Positions 58,314-64,000 of a stretch of 64,000 nucleotides of DNA are shown here, piece after piece (the first letter of the stretch is position 1; each line of letters begins with the position of its first letter). The translations under genes and the position numbers were made by a program. The notes under the pieces are model-generated. The model was not told where the DNA came from. It ran no database searches and was given only the letters and a program-made list of their open reading frames with translations. This stretch comes from a bacterium. Lineage in GTDB: Bacteria; UBA8248. The stretch covers positions 1 through 64,000 of the forward strand of contig CBDATS010000008.1 in assembly GCA_965200245.1 (NCBI GenBank). Reading direction: 5' to 3'.

Positions 58314-59000
58314 ATGTCTCAACCCTTGGTCGAGTTGAAAGAGGTATCGAAAACCTACGTCGCGGGCGACATGCGCATTCACGCGCTCAATGACGTGAGT
58401 TTCCGGGCGAATCAGGGCGAGTTTATCATAGTTTCAGGTCCCAGCGGTTCGGGCAAGAGCACGTTCCTGCACCTGATGGGGGCTGTCGACGCGCCCACCA
58501 GTGGCGAGGTGTTTTTGGGCGGACGCGAAATTTCGTGCCTGAGTGATGAGGGCTTGAGCGAAATTCGCAGGAAAGAGGTGGGCTTTATCCATCAGTTCTT
58601 TCATCTAATGCCAACGATGACGGCGAATGAGAATGTCGCCCTGCCACTTCTGCTTCAGGGCCGGAAACGACCTGAAATCAAAGAGATGGTCGAAAACGCT
58701 ATGGCACGCGTGGGGCTTGAGGAGCGGATGGACAGCTTCCCGAGGCAACTCTCGGGCGGCGAGATGCAAAGAGTGGCCGTCGCGCGTGCCATCATCCACA
58801 AACCTCGCCTCATCCTCGCCGATGAGCCGACGGGAAACCTTGATACCGAGAACTCAAAGAACGTCTTGGAACTCGTCTCCGAACTCCACCGGGAAGAAGG
58901 TTTTACCATCATCATGGCGACGCACGACAGGATGCCCTTGTGCTACGCCACCCGGCGGGTCGGAATCACCGATGGCCGCCTGGATGAGGCGGATTCCTGA
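58314..59000 (+). CDS. ABC transporter ATP-binding protein (LolD/AttE-like)
   Basis: Motifs GPSGSGKST, LSGGE and ADEPTGNLD. Confidence 0.93.
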   Translation: MSQPLVELKEVSKTYVAGDMRIHALNDVSFRANQGEFIIVSGPSGSGKSTFLHLMGAVDAPTSGEVFLGGREISCLSDEGLSEIRRKEVGFIHQFFHLMPTMTANENVALPLLLQGRKRPEIKEMVENAMARVGLEERMDSFPRQLSGGEMQRVAVARAIIHKPRLILADEPTGNLDTENSKNVLELVSELHREEGFTIIMATHDRMPLCYATRRVGITDGRLDEADS

Positions 59001-61594
59001 TGGGCGTCACCGTCTCGATCTTGCGCCTTCTCGCCTGGCGGCGCCTCAGGGAAGACCCGTATCGCCTGTTGCTTACGCTGGTGGGTGTGGCGCTCGGTGT
59101 TGCTGTTTTCATCGCTGTCAAGATGGCGAACGAAACGGCCACCGGGGCCTTTCGGAACAGTTTGGCCGCCATTTCGGGCAAGACGCAGCTCGAGGTGTCC
59201 GCGGGCGGGTTGGGCGTGGATGAGAATTTGATTCTTCGCCTTCGCGGTACGAAGGGTGTGAGGCGTGCGACACCGGTCATGCAGCAGCACGTCTGGATAA
59301 GGAAGGCCGGAGGCTCAGGCGCGAGGTGGCGGCGTGGCACCGCGTCTCAGGGTCGCGCTGTCCTGGCCCTGGGTCTTGATTTGCTCGGAGACGACGACTT
59401 CAGAGGCTACAAGTTCGAAAAAGACTATTCTCGCAAGGAAATCCTGTCGCGTATCGCCGACCCGGAGGGCCTGTTCATCGCCCGTGGGGTGGCGGATACA
59501 CTGGGCGTTGGAGAAGGCAGTTTTGTCGAAGTCGAGGCCACGCGGAGGATGCGTTTTCGCGTTCGGGGGGTTCTCAGACCCGAGGGCATGGCAAAGTCAA
59601 TGGACGGCCGTCTCATCATCATGGACATCGGTGTAGCACAGGAGCTCTTCGAGCGGTTTGGGCAGTTGGACCGGATCGATTTGATTCTGGAAAATGGAGG
59701 CGAAATCGTATCGATCCGCGAGAAAATCCGGAGCTTTCTGCCACCCGGCACAATCGTCGAGCGGCCCGCGCGGCGCGGACGCGACGTGGAGAAGTTGTTG
59801 GCATCGTTCCAGCTCAATCTCACGGTGCTGAGCGTCATCGCTCTCCTGGTGGGCTGTTTTCTGATCTACAATACGATGTCGGCATCCGTATTGCGGCGAA
59901 GAGGCGAAATCGCCATCCTGCGCTCACTGGGCATGACGTCGAGAGGAATCGTCCTGCTCTACGGTTCGGAGGCGCTTTGCATCGGCTTGGCCGGATCGTG
60001 TCTGGGCGTTGCGATGGGGGTGCTCATGGCCCAGGGCGCTCTCTCGTTCATCTCCCAGACGATCAGAAACCTGTACGCATTTCTGGAAGTGCGCCACTTA
60101 ATCTTCGGCCCAGGAGAACTTCTCTGGGGATTTGGCCTGGGCCTGGGGGTTTCACTGGTTTCGGGAATCTATCCTGCAATCGTCGCCTCGCGACAAAGTC
60201 CCCGCCAAGGCGTCGTGGACAGGCGCGGCAAGGTGGAGGTGCGGACCAAGGACATCGCCACGTTCGCCGCAAGCGCCTCGATAGCCGCCCTCATCGCTTA
60301 CTGGCTGAACTTGCGAGCCATGGCAGGAGGAACGCTCTTGCCCGGCTATCTATCTGCGGCGATGGTCATTCTGGCCACCGTGCTCGCGAGTCTGCCTTTC
60401 ATTTTGTGTGGATCGGCGCTCATCCGGCGGATTGCGGGCGGTGACTTGAACGTCTGGCTTGCCGCACACGGTTTGAGCAGGCACCCGCACCGAAATGCAG
60501 TCACGCTCTCTTCACTGGCGATAGCCGTAGCCATGTTGGTGAGCCTCATCGTCATGATCGAGAGCTTTCGCGCCACGGTGGAAGTCTGGACGCAGCAGAC
60601 GCTGAGAGCGGATTTCTACGCCGCGCCCGCCTCGCGCTTTATCAAGGGGTCGAGCACGAGCATTTCAGAAGACGCGATCCGGACGATTGGCGGCGTTTCA
60701 GGCGTCGCAGCGGTCGATGGCTTCAGAACTGTTCGGCTGCCCTGGCACGGGAAGCGTATAATGCTTGCGGGCGGAGATTTCCGCATCGTTGCCGAAAGGG
60801 GACACCTGCTGTTCGTAGACGGCGATTCGAAAGAAACGCTCATGAAGGCGAGGGCGCGTGGCGATGCCATCGTTACGGAGACGTTCTCGAACCTCTACGG
60901 GGTGAGGAAAGGAGATGTCCTGCACCTCCCGACTCCGGGGGAGGAGATATCGGTACGTGTTGCGGGCGTCTTTTACGACTACACTACGGACGGTGGTTCT
61001 GTCGTCGTGGATCGCGAATTTTTGAAAAAACATTGGAGGGATGATCGTCTGAATTCCCTTGCAATATATCTCACCGAAAGTGCGCGTCCAGAAGTCGTCC
61101 GTAAATCGCTCGAAAAGGCTCTCGACCCCACCATGGTGCTGATATCGAACGCGGGTCTCAAGAAGCGGGCACTCAGCATCTTCGATCAGACATTCGCCAT
61201 TACCTATGCGCTGGAGTTCATTGCCGTTCTGGTGGCTCTTCTCAGCGTGGCGACGGGTCTTGGTTCAAACATCCTGGAACGCGTGCATGAAATCGGCGCA
61301 CTGCGCGCCATGGGCCTGAGCAGAAGGGGAATCGTGTACGCCATCATGGGAGAGGCCGTCATTCTGGGTGCGCTCTCCGTTTTGGCCGGACTTGTGTCCG
61401 GCATGTGCCTGGCGACTATTTTGATTTTCGTGATCAACAAGCTGAGTTTCGGTTGGACGATTCAATATATCTTCCCCTGGAAGGGTATGGCGGCCTATCT
61501 TTTCATGGTGGTGCTCGCATCGCTGGCGGCGAGCTGGCTCCCCGCCCGAACCGCCGCGCGAATCCCCATTCGAGAGGCACTGAGCGAAGAATGA
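59000..61594 (+). CDS. FtsX/MacB-type double ABC permease (AttF/G-like)
   Basis: Two MacB-PCD/FtsX halves; motifs EIAILRSLG and EIGALRAMG. Confidence 0.9.
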   Translation: MGVTVSILRLLAWRRLREDPYRLLLTLVGVALGVAVFIAVKMANETATGAFRNSLAAISGKTQLEVSAGGLGVDENLILRLRGTKGVRRATPVMQQHVWIRKAGGSGARWRRGTASQGRAVLALGLDLLGDDDFRGYKFEKDYSRKEILSRIADPEGLFIARGVADTLGVGEGSFVEVEATRRMRFRVRGVLRPEGMAKSMDGRLIIMDIGVAQELFERFGQLDRIDLILENGGEIVSIREKIRSFLPPGTIVERPARRGRDVEKLLASFQLNLTVLSVIALLVGCFLIYNTMSASVLRRRGEIAILRSLGMTSRGIVLLYGSEALCIGLAGSCLGVAMGVLMAQGALSFISQTIRNLYAFLEVRHLIFGPGELLWGFGLGLGVSLVSGIYPAIVASRQSPRQGVVDRRGKVEVRTKDIATFAASASIAALIAYWLNLRAMAGGTLLPGYLSAAMVILATVLASLPFILCGSALIRRIAGGDLNVWLAAHGLSRHPHRNAVTLSSLAIAVAMLVSLIVMIESFRATVEVWTQQTLRADFYAAPASRFIKGSSTSISEDAIRTIGGVSGVAAVDGFRTVRLPWHGKRIMLAGGDFRIVAERGHLLFVDGDSKETLMKARARGDAIVTETFSNLYGVRKGDVLHLPTPGEEISVRVAGVFYDYTTDGGSVVVDREFLKKHWRDDRLNSLAIYLTESARPEVVRKSLEKALDPTMVLISNAGLKKRALSIFDQTFAITYALEFIAVLVALLSVATGLGSNILERVHEIGALRAMGLSRRGIVYAIMGEAVILGALSVLAGLVSGMCLATILIFVINKLSFGWTIQYIFPWKGMAAYLFMVVLASLAASWLPARTAARIPIREALSEE

Positions 61595-62703
61595 AGAAAG
61601 GGTTCGCATATCTTCTGGCTACCATCTTTGTCCTGGGCGCAGCACCCACGTATCCTGCGACTTGGCGGCAGGCGTTGCCCGGCTATCGCTATCAGTTTCC
61701 CCGCGATAACGGTGCGCACGAGGCATTCCGCACGGAGTGGTGGTATTTTTCGGGAAATCTGCAGGATTCAAAAGGCGGAAAATACCCGTTCATGCTCACG
61801 TTCTTCAGGGTGGGCCTTCGTCCCGGAGAACCGCCAAAATCGAAGAGCCGCTGGGCACTCAGGAATCTCTATTTCGGACATTTCTCTGTTCTGGACGTGA
61901 AGCGTGAAAAGCACTTTTTTTCCGAGCGGATCAGCCGGGGCGAACTTGAGCAGGCGGGCGCGTCGGAGGCGGGTCTCAAGGTCTGGCTGCGCGACTGGCG
62001 CGCCGAGAGCACGGTCGGGAAAGGCTCATCCTCGATTCGCATCAGCGCGGCGACGCCCGAGATTAAGTTGCGCCTCAGTCTGAAACCTGCAAAACCCCTC
62101 GTGGTTCACGGCGAGAACGGAGTGAGCCAGAAGTCGCCGGGTCCGGGACGCGCGTCTCATTATTATTCCTACACGCGACTTCTCGCATCGGGCGTCCTGG
62201 AGATGGAGGGGAGGCGGTTCGACGTGCGCGGAACGGCGTGGATGGACCATGAATTCGGCTCGAACCAGTTGACAGAAGAACAGGCGGGGTGGGATTGGCT
62301 GAGCTTCCAGTTGTCCGACGGTCGGGATTTGATGTTATATCTCGTAAGGCGAAAAGACGGGAGCGTGGAGCCCACGAGCAGCGGCACGCTGGTAGAGGTG
62401 GATGGCAGTGCCAAGCATTTGCGCCTCGGGGATTTCCGTTTCCGGGGCACTGATACCTGGAAGAGCGAGCGAAGCGGTGCCGTCTATCCCATGGGCTGGG
62501 AAGTCGAGGTTCCGGCGTACGGCCTTCACTTGCGGGTTGTACCTTACGCCCGCGCGCAGGAAATTGAATCGAAAGGCAGTACGGGAGTCACCTATTGGGA
62601 AGGGGGCGTTTTCGTCGAAAGCGCATCAAGTGAAAAAAAGCTCACGGGGGTGGGCTTTATCGAGATGACGGGGTACGCTCCCGATGGACGACCCCAATTT
62701 TGA
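61591..62703 (+). CDS. Secreted AttH/CrtC-like lipocalin-fold protein
   Basis: Signal peptide; motifs FPRD.GAH, EWWYF, WMDHEF, GWDW, YWEG and EMTGY. Confidence 0.9.
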   Translation: MKKGFAYLLATIFVLGAAPTYPATWRQALPGYRYQFPRDNGAHEAFRTEWWYFSGNLQDSKGGKYPFMLTFFRVGLRPGEPPKSKSRWALRNLYFGHFSVLDVKREKHFFSERISRGELEQAGASEAGLKVWLRDWRAESTVGKGSSSIRISAATPEIKLRLSLKPAKPLVVHGENGVSQKSPGPGRASHYYSYTRLLASGVLEMEGRRFDVRGTAWMDHEFGSNQLTEEQAGWDWLSFQLSDGRDLMLYLVRRKDGSVEPTSSGTLVEVDGSAKHLRLGDFRFRGTDTWKSERSGAVYPMGWEVEVPAYGLHLRVVPYARAQEIESKGSTGVTYWEGGVFVESASSEKKLTGVGFIEMTGYAPDGRPQF

Positions 62704-62757
62704 TTTTCATAGTCCCCACTGGGGTGCGGGATGATTTTTTATGTGTGGAGGCGCGAA

Positions 62758-63654
62758 ATGGCGGAAAGCGCGAACATCGGAATCATAGGACTCGGCCTCA
62801 TGGGAACGGCCATGAGTCAGAAACTGATCGAAGCGGGGCACCGCGTGCGCGGGTTCGACATCGACCAGAGCAGGCTCGATGAGCTTGCCGAGAACGGGGG
62901 CGTGCCCACGGGCTCGGCGGCGGAAGCGGCGGAAAATGCGCAGTTCGTCATCATCTCGCTACTCTATAGCCACATCGTCCGCGAGAGTTGCCTGGGTGAT
63001 GGGGGAATCGCGAGCGTGGCGCGTGATGGTCTCATCATTATCGACACTTCCACTTCCAGTCCCGATGAATCGGCGCAACTCGGTGAAGATCTCCGTGCCA
63101 GAAATATCGGTTTTCTCGATGCGAGCCTGAGCGGTTCGCGCAATCAGGTGCTTGAGGGGAAGATCGTCTCTGTCGTCGGGGGCGAGGAGAACGATTTTGA
63201 GACGGCGCGGCCTGTTCTTGCCAACTTTGCCCGCTCTATCCACCATATGGGGCCGAACGGAGCGGGTGCGCGGACGAAGCTCGTCATCAACCTCGTGCTG
63301 GGTCTGACGCGCCTCGCGCTGTCGGAAGGACTCGTTTTGGGCATGAAGTCGGGACTGGAGATGGAGCGTCTGCTCGAGGTACTCAAGGACAGCGCGGCCT
63401 ACAGCAAGGCTATGGACCAGCGCGGCGCGCGCATGATTCACGCTGATTACGACAATCCTCTCTCTCGCGTCAAGCAGCACCACAAGGATGTAAGGCTCAT
63501 TCTGGAGCAGGGCCAGAAGCTCGGCTCCCCCATGCTGCTCAGTTCCGTGCACCAGCAAGTACTCCAGGCCGCAGAGTATGGTGGACTCGCAGATGCGGAC
63601 ACTTCGGCCATCATTGAGGTATTCAGGCGCATGGCGGGCATTCCCTCCCGCTAG
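62758..63654 (+). CDS. Beta-hydroxyacid dehydrogenase (3-hydroxyisobutyrate/tartronate semialdehyde family)
   Basis: Motifs GLGLMG, DASLSG, K..N and KD. Confidence 0.9.
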   Translation: MAESANIGIIGLGLMGTAMSQKLIEAGHRVRGFDIDQSRLDELAENGGVPTGSAAEAAENAQFVIISLLYSHIVRESCLGDGGIASVARDGLIIIDTSTSSPDESAQLGEDLRARNIGFLDASLSGSRNQVLEGKIVSVVGGEENDFETARPVLANFARSIHHMGPNGAGARTKLVINLVLGLTRLALSEGLVLGMKSGLEMERLLEVLKDSAAYSKAMDQRGARMIHADYDNPLSRVKQHHKDVRLILEQGQKLGSPMLLSSVHQQVLQAAEYGGLADADTSAIIEVFRRMAGIPSR

Positions 63655-63692
63655 ACGCATGGTGTGCATCCCAAATCTGAGGACATACGGAC

Positions 63693-64000
63693 ATGGTGAA
63701 AAGAATATCCCCGGTCGTACTGAAGGAACTGATGGAGGGTTCCCGCGCGCATGCAGTGCTAGATGTGCGCGACCCGATGGAATTTCACGAGAAACAGATT
63801 TTCATGACGACGAACGCCCCGCGCAGCGCGATCGAGTTTCTGGCCGCGCGCCTGGTGCCCGTGAAGGCGACACCCGTGGTGTGTGTGGATGAGGGCGGCC
63901 CGAGGGCGGAGCATGTAGCCGAGTTGCTTGATGAGTGCGGCTACACGGACGTCTCGATACTCGAAGGCGGTCTCGGTGCATGGGAAGCGCAAGCGTATCC
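63693..64000 (+). CDS. Rhodanese-domain protein (truncated by the window edge)
   Basis: Hand translation gives VLDVR...EF and GY.DV.ILEGG..AW. Confidence 0.85.
   Translation, partial: MVKRISPVVLKELMEGSRAHAVLDVRDPMEFHEKQIFMTTNAPRSAIEFLAARLVPVKATPVVCVDEGGPRAEHVAELLDECGYTDVSILEGGLGAWEAQAY

Overview
Mostly a GC-rich bacterial core-genome segment. It contains aroE, mreB, rnhB, coaX-birA-valS, mltG-ruvX-tolC, ribF, tRNA-Leu(CAG), an 8-gene clpB-dnaK-cbpA-hspR-htpX-grpE-dnaJ-DUF1844 heat-shock cluster, rpoZ, HU/IHF, queA, trmJ, a Mo-bisPGD oxidoreductase cluster, korAB and an AttEFH-like ABC system. The ORF track misses the most interesting items. (1) Two convergent selenoprotein genes end 21 bp apart: an ArsC-like UxxC protein (24173-24523 +) and a CUAEP-tail radical SAM enzyme (24545-25999 -). 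Each has an in-frame TGA followed by a SECIS-like hairpin. (2) An unlisted minus-strand ORF (<1-697) carries the motif set of phage T3-type SAM lyases and sits beside an IS1595-like terminal motif. (3) A decayed IS1595-type element (about 41.1-42.4 kb) carries a GIY-YIG-like passenger gene with an internal TAG. Also present are a RomR/PopZ-like pseudo-receiver next to valS, yraN and xanthine-dehydrogenase-family pseudogenes, and one homopolymer frameshift. All family calls come from reading motifs by eye; no searches were run.
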